Shown: positions 39,261 to 49,168, numbered from the stretch's first letter. The stretch is DNA of 64,000 nt from Candidatus Limnocylindrales bacterium (GCA_035559535.1 DATMBG010000051.1:62001-126000), one strand, 5' to 3'. Translations and numbers: made by a program. The notes: generated by a model from the sequence alone, not told the origin.

Positions 39261-41243
39261 CTACAGATATCGCTGATGCCACATTTCAAAAACCATCAAA
39301 GCCCACAACCGATGACTATGATTTTCTTTCCCGTGGAGATGTTCTTGAATCCACCGGTCTACATGTTTCCAGTTAAAATAGCCCCTTTTTTGGATCCGTG
39401 TCTCGGACAGGAGGTCCAAAAGAAGGGGTTTTAGTTCAGCCCGTAACCAGTTTTTGATGGGAATACTAAAACCCTGCTTCTTCTTGTAAATAACTTCCCT
39501 GGGAAGGAATTTTGCCATGGTTTTCTTAAGGATATATTTGGTTGTAAAACCCCTTAATTTTAGCTCGCTGGGAATTTTAAATGCAAATTCTACCACCTTA
39601 TGATCCAACAAAGGTACTCTGGCTTCTAGAGACGTAGCCATGCTCATCCGATCTACTTTGGTGAGGATATCATCGGGTAGATAGGTTTTTAAATCTACGT
39701 ATTGCTGACGGGCTAAAGGATCCGGAAATCCCGGAGTCTGGGGATTCCGGGGTCGAGTTTGATCAAAATAATATTGAAGGGACTTATCGGGAGTCTCGTC
39801 TGCCAGTTCTTTTTTAAAGAAGTCGGTATAAAGCCGGGATTTTTCTTCTTGCTTTAGAAAGGTCATCCAGCGGGCATGCATTAAAGAGCGAGGAAGTTCA
39901 GCTCCTTCTACAAAACGTTTGACCAGGTTAAGGATCCCTTTCTTTTTTTGGGATGGGGGAATAAGGTGAAGCCACCTGGCTATAAGGTGGTTACGGAGAA
40001 AACCCGGAATTTTTTCGTAATATTCTCCTATACGGTTTGCAATATACGTATCGTAACCGGCAAAAAGCTCATCCCCCCCATCTCCAGAGAGGGCAACGGT
40101 TACCTGCTCCCGGGCCATTTTAGAAACCAAATAGGTGGGAAAAATGGAGAAATCGCCCAAAGGTTCATCCAGATAATCCATCAGCGTCATGGCCAGATCC
40201 TCAATATTCGGTTTTAAAATAAATTCGTGATGATCCGTCCCAAAATGCCTGGCTACTTTTCTGGCGTAATCAAGCTCGTTATAGGATTGATCTTCAAATC
40301 CAATGGAGAAAGTTTTTACCGGGCGATCTGACATCTGGCTCATCAGAGCTACCACAGAGCTCGAGTCAATCCCTCCACTGAGGAAAGCTCCCAGAGGAAC
40401 GTCACTGATCAGTTCCAGTTTCACCGACTCTTTTAATACCGCATAAAGTTGTTCGGCATACTCCTCCTCTTTTCTGGAAAGTGCAGAGGCAAGGGGATAA
40501 GATGGAGAAACACCCTCAAGACCCTCCCCCTGGGTGATCCCATTCCCGGCTTCCATATCCTCACTCTCCCACTCTATATCCCAATACGGCTTAATCTTCA
40601 ACCCCTTATCCGACCAGACCAATATATGCGCCGGAGGAAGTTTGTAGATTTTCTGAAAAATGGTCTCAGGAGCAAAAATGTATTCAAAAGTTAGATAGCG
40701 ATCTAAGGCTTTAAAATTAAGCTCACGAGAAACTCCTTTACAGGTTAAAATGGATTTTATTTCAGAGCTAAAAATCAGCTTTTCGGCATCCAGATAGTAA
40801 TGAAGAGGCTTAATTCCCAAGGGGTCTCGTGCGAGGATCAGTTTTTTTTCCTTTTTATCCCAGAGGGCAAAGCCGAACATCCCCCGAAAGAGTCTTACAC
40901 ATTCCTCTCCATATGCCTTGTAGCTGTACAGGATAACTTCGGTATCGCTTCGAGTACGAAAGCGATAGCCTTTTTTTTCTAATTCTCTTCGGATTTCTTG
41001 AAAATTGTAGATTTCCCCGTTGAACACTATCCATAGGGATTTATCTTCATCGGACATGGGCTGATGTCCACCTTCGAGGTCAATAATACTCAAACGGCGC
41101 ATTCCGAGTCCTATGGGGTATTCCAGGTAAAAGCCCTCATCATCTGGGCCACGGTGGCGAATGACCTCACACATCCTCTGAAGATCTCTGTTCTCAATCT
41201 TATATCGAGGATTTAAACTTACTATGCCTGCAATTCCGCACAA
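39261..41243 (-). CDS. asnB: Asparagine synthase (glutamine-hydrolysing) family amidotransferase
   Basis: TTG start giving (M)CGIAG; HRGPD, FNGEIYN, FLSGGIDSS, LSGDGGDELFAGY, KVDRMSM..SLEARVP. Confidence 0.93.
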   Translation of the reverse strand: MCGIAGIVSLNPRYKIENRDLQRMCEVIRHRGPDDEGFYLEYPIGLGMRRLSIIDLEGGHQPMSDEDKSLWIVFNGEIYNFQEIRRELEKKGYRFRTRSDTEVILYSYKAYGEECVRLFRGMFGFALWDKKEKKLILARDPLGIKPLHYYLDAEKLIFSSEIKSILTCKGVSRELNFKALDRYLTFEYIFAPETIFQKIYKLPPAHILVWSDKGLKIKPYWDIEWESEDMEAGNGITQGEGLEGVSPSYPLASALSRKEEEYAEQLYAVLKESVKLELISDVPLGAFLSGGIDSSSVVALMSQMSDRPVKTFSIGFEDQSYNELDYARKVARHFGTDHHEFILKPNIEDLAMTLMDYLDEPLGDFSIFPTYLVSKMAREQVTVALSGDGGDELFAGYDTYIANRIGEYYEKIPGFLRNHLIARWLHLIPPSQKKKGILNLVKRFVEGAELPRSLMHARWMTFLKQEEKSRLYTDFFKKELADETPDKSLQYYFDQTRPRNPQTPGFPDPLARQQYVDLKTYLPDDILTKVDRMSMATSLEARVPLLDHKVVEFAFKIPSELKLRGFTTKYILKKTMAKFLPREVIYKKKQGFSIPIKNWLRAELKPLLLDLLSETRIQKRGYFNWKHVDRWIQEHLHGKENHSHRLWALMVFEMWHQRYL

Positions 41244-41291
41244 TTTAGTAGGGTAATGAAGCGGTGAATGAGGGGTCCATTTACAGCTCAT

Positions 41292-42491
41292 TCATCGCTT
41301 TGAATTCATCAGGATATAGTCATATACTTCGGCCGTTCGGGAGAGGTAGACTTCGTAGCTATATTTTGTCTTACTTAATTTGAGGGCATTTTGACCTAAT
41401 CTAGCTCTGAGGGAAGGATCCTGAATGAGTTTAAGAATTCCCCGGGCAAAATCCTCCGGATTGGGTTCCGTCAATACGGCTACATCTGGATTAAGAGCCT
41501 GAGTATGGGTTAGAAGATTTGTGGCAACAATGGGTTTACCAGAACTGAGATAGGTATAAATTTTAAGGGGCGTATTTGTTCCCGTTTTTCGAGGTGACAC
41601 CAAAATATCTGCTAACTGGATAAAACTGGGCATTTCTTCAACAGGTCTCTGTCCTATGAACAGGACCGATTCTCGCACACCGAGAGAGTCGGCCAACTCC
41701 AGTAACGTTTTCATTTGATCTTCGGTCCCTCCTACCAAAAGAAACTTAACATCTTTAACATGTCGGGTAACATATCGGGCACTTTCTAAGAGAAGCTCAA
41801 TTCCTTGATAGGTCTCCAGAGTTCCTGTATAAAGGATAACCAGTTGATGTTCCAGATTTAACTCTTTCTTTAATCTTTTAACTTCCTCATCCTTTCCCAA
41901 GAAAGCATCTTCCGTTAAGTTAGGAATGTTTTCAATGAGGACCGTCTTCTTATCCGGCATGATCCGTCTTATTTTTTCCTGTAAATAGGGGCAGATGGCA
42001 ATGACAATACTGGAGTATTTTAGAGCCCAGCGCTCGAATAATTCCAGATACCGAATAATCCGATGCGAACGGATGATCCCAAAATTAAAAAATTGCTCCG
42101 GTAAGCTGGAATGCATATCATAGACGTGGGGATATCTAAAAATCCTGTTTAAAGCGGCTCCCAAAAAAGTTCCTTCCTCGTGGGTATGAATACAGTCGTA
42201 CTTCTTCTTCATCAGCAGAACCGTTGCTTTGATAAACAAGAAAATATCTAAAATCGGCTTTAGGAAGGAGGGGCCGATTTTTACCCGTTTTACAAAGGGG
42301 GGCTTCCAGGAGCGATAAATCTCAACTTGATCTATGAAAACATCCTTACCCAAGGGGTAAGTAACCAGGTCTATCTGATGACCCAGTTTAGAAAGGGCTT
42401 CTAAACGGTGGTACACACTAAAAGGGGTCCCTCTCGGTTGAAAAAAGGGCTCTGGTGCAACCATGAGAATCTTCATAGGCTTTAGGCTCAC
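41292..42491 (-). CDS. Glycosyltransferase family 4
   Basis: MKILMVAPEPFF..RGTP, YTGTLE.YQGI, PLKIYTYLSSGKPIVAT. Confidence 0.9.
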   Translation of the reverse strand: MSLKPMKILMVAPEPFFQPRGTPFSVYHRLEALSKLGHQIDLVTYPLGKDVFIDQVEIYRSWKPPFVKRVKIGPSFLKPILDIFLFIKATVLLMKKKYDCIHTHEEGTFLGAALNRIFRYPHVYDMHSSLPEQFFNFGIIRSHRIIRYLELFERWALKYSSIVIAICPYLQEKIRRIMPDKKTVLIENIPNLTEDAFLGKDEEVKRLKKELNLEHQLVILYTGTLETYQGIELLLESARYVTRHVKDVKFLLVGGTEDQMKTLLELADSLGVRESVLFIGQRPVEEMPSFIQLADILVSPRKTGTNTPLKIYTYLSSGKPIVATNLLTHTQALNPDVAVLTEPNPEDFARGILKLIQDPSLRARLGQNALKLSKTKYSYEVYLSRTAEVYDYILMNSKR

Positions 42492-42874
42492 GTAGAAGAG
42501 TTGTTCAAAGGAGCTTTTTGTCCGGCTATCTGGTTAAAAACTTCCTTCTAACCCCAGGCTATCTTCTTTTCACGCTGTTAGAAATTAACCCGGCTAAAGG
42601 TCAATGTCAAGAAGAAAATAGGCATATGAAAGGAAATTTCCACGTCGCAATGCCTAGGAAAGGATTAGGAATTCTCGTAGAGGAATTGGTCTAATGAGCC
42701 ATCTTTTCTATTTAGCGAAATGCGTCAAAAGTCTTTTTCGTTCTTGTAGCCTGAAGGATACATTTTTCAATGGCCGGTACCGGACGTGTTTCAGTCGCAC
42801 GAGCTGCCTGTCAACTCCGGACAAAGACATCTAAGGAAAGTATATTCAAAGATTACTCAATTTTTGGGACAACA

Positions 42875-43084
42875 TGTCATAATTTTATGACACAATACCT
42901 TAAAGACTCTAAAAGGCTTCGAAACCGCTATATAAACAGGTTTTAAAACCATGCTCTTTCTTCCAAACGTCATTTTTCTACGACAGATTCGCCCAGGCTT
43001 AGGGGGGTTATCGCCTTAAAGGGATCAGAAGATTTTGATTTCGCGCTCAAGACCTTAATAATCCGCCTCTGGCATCAAGTTTGT
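42875..43084 (+). promoter_or_regulatory. Putative sigma54 promoter with upstream activator-like palindromes
   Basis: TGTCATAAttTTATGACA (42875-42892), CGTC-N10-GACA (42968-42985), TGGCAT-N5-TTGT (43070-43084). Confidence 0.45.
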
Positions 43085-43279
43085 AAGACTAAAAAAAGAA
43101 CCTCCTAGATTTAATAGCGCCTGGGTAACTTTCCTGAATAAGAAGTTACCTGGGACCTGTTTTTAAACATTTCAAAGAAGGTGAGGTATACTCCCTGAAA
43201 GGTTAAAAAAGGTTAAAAGGGGTCTTTATTAAAACACCCAACGTGTAAGAATTGTGGCTTGAAAGAAAAGCCACACCCT

Positions 43280-43391
43280 GTTCGCCCTGGGTTTGTCGAA
43301 AGGCAAGTCCTTTACTATCATCTCTAGCTAATCCCGAAGAGTTCCTCAGCTTAATAAACCCACCATAAACCTCAACAAACCCAGGGCGAAC
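43280..43391. repeat. REP-like element with 17-bp terminal inverted repeats
   Basis: gttcgccctgggtttgt (43280-43296) ... acaaacccagggcgaac (43375-43391). Confidence 0.75.
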
Positions 43392-43404
43392 TATATACTT
43401 TTTC

Positions 43405-43791
43405 TTACTTTTCCGTAATCTGGAAGACCTGGCTCTCCCCGCTCAAAACTCTGTCGGGAGTTAAAATTTTTATTCGATAGTTCCCTTCGGGTAGATTTTC
43501 GGGAATATGCCAGCAGTAATTAAACCCCGATACATGGGTAGCAACCTGGGAAACTAAGCTCCCATCCGGTTTATAAAGCTCTATATCGTATTTAAAAAAG
43601 GCAGGATTACGCAAGCGTCGTATAATCCTGGGATCTAAGGACCATTCGATAGTAGTAGCAGCCTGACAGGGTAAGCCTTTAGACCATATCGCTCCACCGC
43701 CCGGTTTATTGACAATAATCGACTGGTTTCCTAACCCATAAATTTGAGCTACTAAAACGGGAAACAGAAGCAGAAATTTAAGTTGATTCAT
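43405..43791 (-). CDS. Small exported Ig-like protein
   Basis: Signal-like MNQLKFLLLFPVLVAQ; IIVNKP.GG..W...IEW...IELYK...WHIP..LP.G.YRIKI pattern. Confidence 0.6.
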   Translation of the reverse strand: MNQLKFLLLFPVLVAQIYGLGNQSIIVNKPGGGAIWSKGLPCQAATTIEWSLDPRIIRRLRNPAFFKYDIELYKPDGSLVSQVATHVSGFNYCWHIPENLPEGNYRIKILTPDRVLSGESQVFQITEK

Positions 43792-44416
43792 AATTAAACC
43801 TCCCGATCCGTTAAATTTACACCCCAACCGATCAACCGTCTTCCAAATACCCCGGCTTAACTGGTTTATCAGGTTTATCTTATAGAAGCCTCCAGATCTG
43901 GAGGGCCGTCTATATATTTCAGATTAAATTTGAACTTAAATCACAACCCTGTCTTTAAGAAGGGGAACCTGTTCATGGGGGTAGAGATTTTATTCTTGTC
44001 TAATTCAAATATAGTTGCCCCTTTAAGGGGACAACAACCTTAAATCTTCAAAAAGATCTTGCATAACGACTTTACCTTGTATAGCATCCGGGTCACCCGG
44101 CAAACAGGAAGATTTTCTCAATCGATCTATAAGAGATCTATAAAATAGGGAGAATTAAACATGAAACCCCATTGAATTATCGTTCAGAGTATCCTGATTC
44201 ATCTGAATGCGCACTGCAAGGGTTTACCTGAAGGTGCGTTCAAAGAGAGTCAAGTTGCCTATGAGGATTTATTTCAATTTAGCCCAAGCCGAAACGCAAT
44301 GAAATCCGTTGTTCTTGACAGAAAAATCCAGGGCAGGTATCTTTCTTATAAGTGTCCTGGATGAGACCAGATAAGCGATAATATCGGCCATTTACTAAAG
44401 CAAAGGCCATAAAGTT

Positions 44417-44962
44417 ATGAAATGCCCCAGTTGCGGTACAGAAATTTCAGATCGTGTAGAGGCTTGTCCTGATTGCCATTTTACTTTGGTCCTTCTGGAT
44501 TCTCGACTTCCTCCTCCGCCGGTTCGATCTGGTTATGTTAATGACTTTGCAAAGGTTCTTTCCAAGGAAGAGGTCCTTCGAATTGAGCAGCGTTGCCATG
44601 AGATATTCTTAAAGACCCAAGCCGAGTTGATAGTGGTTACAGTTCCCAGGACAAAACCCGTTAAGCCTTCGGAATATGTTTTCTGGCTTGCCAATCGATG
44701 GGATATGGGAGGGACAGAGAATCGGGGGATCATGATCCTTCTCGCTTTGGAAGAGCGTCGGATTGAGAGCGAAGTAGGTTATTCCCTGGAGCCTGTAATC
44801 ACCGATGAAGAATCTTTTCAGATCTTGCAAAGGCATGTGGTTCCTTTTTTACAGAAGGGGAATTACGGTGAAGGGCTCTACCAGGCAGTGAATATTTTGG
44901 GTCAGATTATTGAAGGGACTCAAAAAGCACGAGAACTTAACTGGTGGAAAAAACTGTTTTAA
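44417..44962 (+). CDS. Zinc-ribbon + TPM-domain protein
   Basis: MKCPSCG...CPDC; YVNDFAKVLS, GIMILLA..ERRIESEVGYSLE. Confidence 0.85.
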   Translation: MKCPSCGTEISDRVEACPDCHFTLVLLDSRLPPPPVRSGYVNDFAKVLSKEEVLRIEQRCHEIFLKTQAELIVVTVPRTKPVKPSEYVFWLANRWDMGGTENRGIMILLALEERRIESEVGYSLEPVITDEESFQILQRHVVPFLQKGNYGEGLYQAVNILGQIIEGTQKARELNWWKKLF

Positions 44963-45969
44963 GCTTCCTCTGCTTACTCGGCTGGGTTCTTATTTTACCG
45001 ATCCAGGCTCAGATTCAATATCCTGAACCTCAAGGCTGGGTCAGTGATTTTGCCAACGTTTTAACCCCCCAAATTCGAGAAGAACTCAACAACCTTATTA
45101 CAGATGTGGAAAAGCAAACCACGGCTGAGATTGCGGTGGTTACGGTGGAGAGTACTGCTCCTTTAACTCCCAAACAGTATGCAACGGAGCTTTTGAACCG
45201 ATGGAAAGTTGGCAAGAAAGGGAAGGATAACGGCGTTCTGATTTTATTGGCCGTAAAAGACCGACGAATTGAGATTGAGACCGGGTATGGGGTGGAAGGA
45301 ATCCTTCCAGATGGAAAGGTAGGGGAGATTATCCGCACGTACATGGTTCCTTATTTTAAGAATAATCGATGGGGAGAGGGATTGATAGCCGGAACCCAAC
45401 AGATCGCCCGGGTTATTCTGGAAGACACCCAAACTTCCCCTACTTCCTCAAAAAAAGTCGAACGCCGGTTACCAACGGGCGGATTTCTTTACCTGAGCGG
45501 TTGGATTTACTTTATCTTTTGGATCTTCTACCTGGGGATTCAGAATTTACGAAATCGAGCTTTGCCCTTGGGTCTTTTAGCCTTGCTTACCCTGCCCGGG
45601 CTTTTCTATTTGTTTTTTGCTTTTTTTCCTTTCATTATTCCTTTTATTCCAGGTGCATGGGCATCCGTTCAGAATTTGAGAAATCGATGCCCTCGATGTG
45701 GGAATCGGATGTTGGTCCAGAAGAATACGCTCCGACCTGCATCTTATTCAAGTATGGGACTTCGTGAGGTTGTTTATACGTGCCCGGTATGTGGATATCA
45801 TGAGGTAAAAATGGAAACGACACCCAGGCTGACTCGCACCTCTTACTACGGACCATACGGTGGAGGCTCTTTTGGCGGATTTGGAGGATCTGGCCGAAGT
45901 TCTGGCGGTTCTTTTGGAGGTTTTGGAGGAGGCTCCAGTGGGGGCGGGGGTGCCGGGTCGAGTTTTTAA
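44944..45969 (+). CDS. TPM-domain membrane protein (YgcG-like) with zinc ribbon and Gly-rich tail
   Basis: WVSDFANVL, DNGVLILLA..DRRIEIETGYGVEG; CPRC...CPVC; FGGFGGGSSGGGGAGSSF. Confidence 0.9.
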   Translation: MEKTVLSFLCLLGWVLILPIQAQIQYPEPQGWVSDFANVLTPQIREELNNLITDVEKQTTAEIAVVTVESTAPLTPKQYATELLNRWKVGKKGKDNGVLILLAVKDRRIEIETGYGVEGILPDGKVGEIIRTYMVPYFKNNRWGEGLIAGTQQIARVILEDTQTSPTSSKKVERRLPTGGFLYLSGWIYFIFWIFYLGIQNLRNRALPLGLLALLTLPGLFYLFFAFFPFIIPFIPGAWASVQNLRNRCPRCGNRMLVQKNTLRPASYSSMGLREVVYTCPVCGYHEVKMETTPRLTRTSYYGPYGGGSFGGFGGSGRSSGGSFGGFGGGSSGGGGAGSSF

Positions 45970-45987
45970 TAACGACAGGAGGAGGTT

Positions 45988-46563
45988 ATGCTTCGACGGC
46001 CTTACACTTTCTATAAAAAAACTCTCTTGATGCTCTTGCTCATTTTATCAACCTCGGGATGTGGTTACAATACCCTGGTGGAATTAGATCAGCGGGTTAA
46101 TTCTGCCTGGGCCCAGGTAGAAAATCAATTGCAGCGTCGGTCCGATCTGATTCCGAATCTGGTTAATATTGTTAAAGGTTATGCCGGTCATGAAAAGGAG
46201 ATTTTTCAAAATATTGCCAACGCCCGAGCTGCCATGATGAACGCAAAAAGTATTCCGGAGAAAATAGATGCCTCCAATCAAATGGAAACAAGCCTCCGGC
46301 AACTCTTTGCCGTCGTGGAAAACTATCCTCAACTTAAAGCGGATGCCACCTTTGCCAGACTTATGGATGAAGTTGCAGGAACGGAGAATCGTATTGCTGT
46401 GGAGCGAATGCGATACAATCAGGCGGTAGAGGCCTATAACAGTTATGCCCGAAAAATCCCCGTGATTTACACGGTCAAAATTTTTGGATTTGATAAGGAG
46501 AAGCCTTATTTTAAGGCAGTTGAAGGGGCTCAAACTGCTCCTCAGATTAATTTTAATAGATAA
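45988..46563 (+). CDS. lemA: LemA-family protein
   Basis: GCGYN, WAQVENQLQRRSDLIPNLV, VENYPQLKA, GTENRIAVER.RYN. Confidence 0.95.
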   Translation: MLRRPYTFYKKTLLMLLLILSTSGCGYNTLVELDQRVNSAWAQVENQLQRRSDLIPNLVNIVKGYAGHEKEIFQNIANARAAMMNAKSIPEKIDASNQMETSLRQLFAVVENYPQLKADATFARLMDEVAGTENRIAVERMRYNQAVEAYNSYARKIPVIYTVKIFGFDKEKPYFKAVEGAQTAPQINFNR

Positions 46564-46578
46564 AAAGGAGTCCTAAAC

Positions 46579-47016
46579 ATGGGTCGAGCTTTCCCGGTAA
46601 TTTGTATAGGCGTGGGAGCCCTCCTGGCCATCATCGGAGCCTTTTATACGATCGGTCTTTTCTTCCAGTTTGATAGATCCCAGGGACCTTTTGCCGTTGA
46701 CTTGATCGGGTTCCTTGCTTTCGGATTGGCTCCTCTGGGAATCGGTCTGTTGGGAATGGGATATGGGGTTTATCAGATTATCCGGACCAAACAGACTGAG
46801 AAAGCAAAACGCAATGCAGAACTTGAAAACAGAATCCTTCAGATGGCAAAGTCTAACCCCCAGGGATTGGCCACCGGGGAGTTTGCCGCCAATAGCCCAT
46901 TCACCTTACAAGAGGTAGAAGAGAAGGTAGGCCATCTCTATGTTCAAGGAGTTTTGGATATGGAGGTAACAGAGGAAGGTACGATAGTTTATAAACTTCG
47001 AACCCCCCTTAAATAG
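46579..47016 (+). CDS. Hypothetical two-TM protein with a C-terminal winged-helix-like domain
   Basis: Two hydrophobic helices, then ILQMA....G....E.A...LYVQG...EVTEEG.IVY. Confidence 0.7.
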   Translation: MGRAFPVICIGVGALLAIIGAFYTIGLFFQFDRSQGPFAVDLIGFLAFGLAPLGIGLLGMGYGVYQIIRTKQTEKAKRNAELENRILQMAKSNPQGLATGEFAANSPFTLQEVEEKVGHLYVQGVLDMEVTEEGTIVYKLRTPLK

Positions 47017-47020
47017 GAGA

Positions 47021-47075
47021 ATGGAAGACCGGGAGAAGAAAGATCTTCGGCCCTCCCCCGGTCTTCCATCTTTTT
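47021..47075. terminator. Probable terminator between convergent genes
   Basis: atggaagaccggg ... cccggtcttccat followed by a T-run. Confidence 0.6.
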
Positions 47076-47551
47076 TAGTTCATTAATGCCTGTAATCGGA
47101 CTTTAGCTCGATGGGCTAAACTATAATCCGGTCGTATCTCGAGGGCTTTGGTATATTCTTCGATGGCTTCATACCATTTACCCTTTTTCTCCCAGACTCG
47201 TCCTAAATTGTAGTGGGGATAGTGGTAGGCTTCGTATCGCTTTGCCACCATGGCTTTTTTTAGATAGGGGATGGCCTCGTCATAACGCCCTAATTCAATT
47301 AAGTAAGCACCAATATCATTGTAAGGATTTCCAAAATCTGGGTCTGTTTCAATAGCCTTTTCGCACTCCTCAATAGCCTCTTCGTACCGCCTCATAAAGC
47401 TGTAGGTCCATCCCAGAAAGGTATAAGCTTCCGCAGTCGGATAAACTTCGATGGACTGCTTGTAGTAATCGATAGCCATTTCTAGCTCTCCTCTCATCTG
47501 GTACTCATAGGCTATTTCGAAGAGTTCCATGGCTCTATCTCGATCCTCCAT
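47075..47551 (-). CDS. TPR-repeat protein
   Basis: PTAEAYTFLGW, DPDFGNPYNDIGAYL, PHYNLGRV. Confidence 0.88.
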   Translation of the reverse strand: MEDRDRAMELFEIAYEYQMRGELEMAIDYYKQSIEVYPTAEAYTFLGWTYSFMRRYEEAIEECEKAIETDPDFGNPYNDIGAYLIELGRYDEAIPYLKKAMVAKRYEAYHYPHYNLGRVWEKKGKWYEAIEEYTKALEIRPDYSLAHRAKVRLQALMN

Positions 47552-47657
47552 TTCAATCCATCTCCTCCCTGTTCTAAGGAATATTTAAGGAATAGTGCCA
47601 GGTACTATTTCGTGATTTACCTTACGAAATAAACCTTCGCACTATATCCTGCAAGCT

Positions 47658-48851
47658 TTACAAGAGGCCTTTGAGTATTTTGTTTTCCTGGGTAAGCTGC
47701 TTAATAATTTTATAAGCCTGATTCAATCGCTGAGAGAGTTCTTTATTTTTATCTGTTAATTTACCAATAGTTTGATTACTTCCCTGAATCCGATTGGATA
47801 AGGTTTTGATGAGCGCAAGGGCTATTTCAGGTTTTTTATGAATATAATCGGACAAAGTTTCCTTGGTCATTACCTGGACCTGGGTAAAGCCTCTGGCTAT
47901 TGCGGTTATCGATCTGGGTTTATCAGCGAACAGGGCCATCTCTCCAAAAAAATCCCCCTTTTGATAAACAGCGAGAACTTCCTTCTCCAACTCACCCCAT
48001 TGAACAATCTCCACCTTCCCTGATTCAATATAATACATCTTATCTCCAGGGTCTCCCTTTTCAAAGATAATATCGCCGTCCTGATAATAGGCACAAGGAA
48101 GTGGATCACTATCTGAGGAAAGAAGAAGATCGATACCTTTCGTACTTCCCCACAGGCCTTCTTTGTCATCTCCTAAAATATAATCTGAAAATTCTTGTTG
48201 GGAAGGTGCAAGGGTCCCCTGGGAAGTGGTGGAGGTAGATAGGGGGGATTTCCCTTGAGTCTGCCGGAGCCGTGTCTCGATATTTTGGACGGCTAAGGAC
48301 GATATAACCTCGAAGGCTTCTAAAACCCCTTTACCTTCTCGGGCTACAGATTCGAAGTAAGGTAAGTTACCCGGATTCAAATCCCGGTTCAGCTCTTCCA
48401 GGGTAAGAATGCCGTCCAGGTCTCTTTTGTTGTATTGAAACACTAAGGGAATATCCTCTAACCGTCGGTTATATCCGGCTAAGTTAAACTTCAAATTCTC
48501 AAGACCCAGAATATTCGTCTTTCGACGGGCTCTTTGTGAATCGGCCACAAAAACAATGGCATCCACTCCTTGAAGGACCGCTTTTCGTGTGTTATTATAC
48601 TTCACCTGACCGGGAACTGTATAAACCTGAAATCGAAGGTTAAAATCCTGAACCTTTCCCACTTGAAGGGGAAGAAGTTCAAAGTAAATCGTTTGATCAT
48701 CCTCTGTAGCCAGAAAAAATAGCTCACCCCTCCGCTCCGGAATGACATGTTCATGAATATATTGCAAAGAAGTCGTTTTTCCTCCCAATCCGGGCCCGTA
48801 ATAAACAATTTTACCTATAACCTCTTTGGTTTTATAGTTGAAGATCGCCAT
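47658..48851 (-). CDS. MglA-like small GTPase fused to a cNMP-binding domain and coiled coil
   Basis: KIVYYGPGLGGKTT, YTVPGQVKYN.TRK.VL.GVD, QYNKRDL; then IFEKGDPGDKMYYIESGKV...GDFFGEMAL..DKPRSITA; start moved to MAIFNY. Confidence 0.88.
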   Translation of the reverse strand: MAIFNYKTKEVIGKIVYYGPGLGGKTTSLQYIHEHVIPERRGELFFLATEDDQTIYFELLPLQVGKVQDFNLRFQVYTVPGQVKYNNTRKAVLQGVDAIVFVADSQRARRKTNILGLENLKFNLAGYNRRLEDIPLVFQYNKRDLDGILTLEELNRDLNPGNLPYFESVAREGKGVLEAFEVISSLAVQNIETRLRQTQGKSPLSTSTTSQGTLAPSQQEFSDYILGDDKEGLWGSTKGIDLLLSSDSDPLPCAYYQDGDIIFEKGDPGDKMYYIESGKVEIVQWGELEKEVLAVYQKGDFFGEMALFADKPRSITAIARGFTQVQVMTKETLSDYIHKKPEIALALIKTLSNRIQGSNQTIGKLTDKNKELSQRLNQAYKIIKQLTQENKILKGLL

Positions 48852-48868
48852 AACTATTCCACTTGGGA

Positions 48869-49168
48869 TTAAAAGGGATCTGGCTCTCCACCAAAAGCCC
48901 ATCTGGCAAAATGATCATACCAAAGTTCTCGAATCTCAGGACAACTTCTTAAGGCTTCTTGCAATTCATCATCGGGTAAAACATGAAGCTTCGCAAACAG
49001 ATCCCTTAAATTCTCCTCGCTCAGATTCTTCACCTCTTTTTCCAAGATTTTCAGATCAAACTTATCCCGGAGCTTCTCCCACTCTTTTTGGTCTTGAGGA
49101 GAAGAATCTAGCTGAGTGAGAAACTTTTCAAGATCTTTTGCTTTAACAATAATGTGGGTCTTTTTCAT
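48869..49168 (-). CDS. Hypothetical helical protein
   Basis: 99-aa ORF with aggag RBS directly upstream of the MglA fusion. Confidence 0.6.
   Translation of the reverse strand: MKKTHIIVKAKDLEKFLTQLDSSPQDQKEWEKLRDKFDLKILEKEVKNLSEENLRDLFAKLHVLPDDELQEALRSCPEIRELWYDHFARWAFGGEPDPF

Noticed and set aside
38126-41243. Radical SAM + AsnB as a lasso-peptide or RiPP cluster
   Set aside because: AsnB has an intact N-terminal Cys glutaminase domain, the neighbours are glycosylation genes, and no precursor, RRE or B2 protease is seen.
48869-49168. Upstream small ORF as MglB
   Set aside because: Appears all-helical and lacks the roadblock/LC7 pattern.
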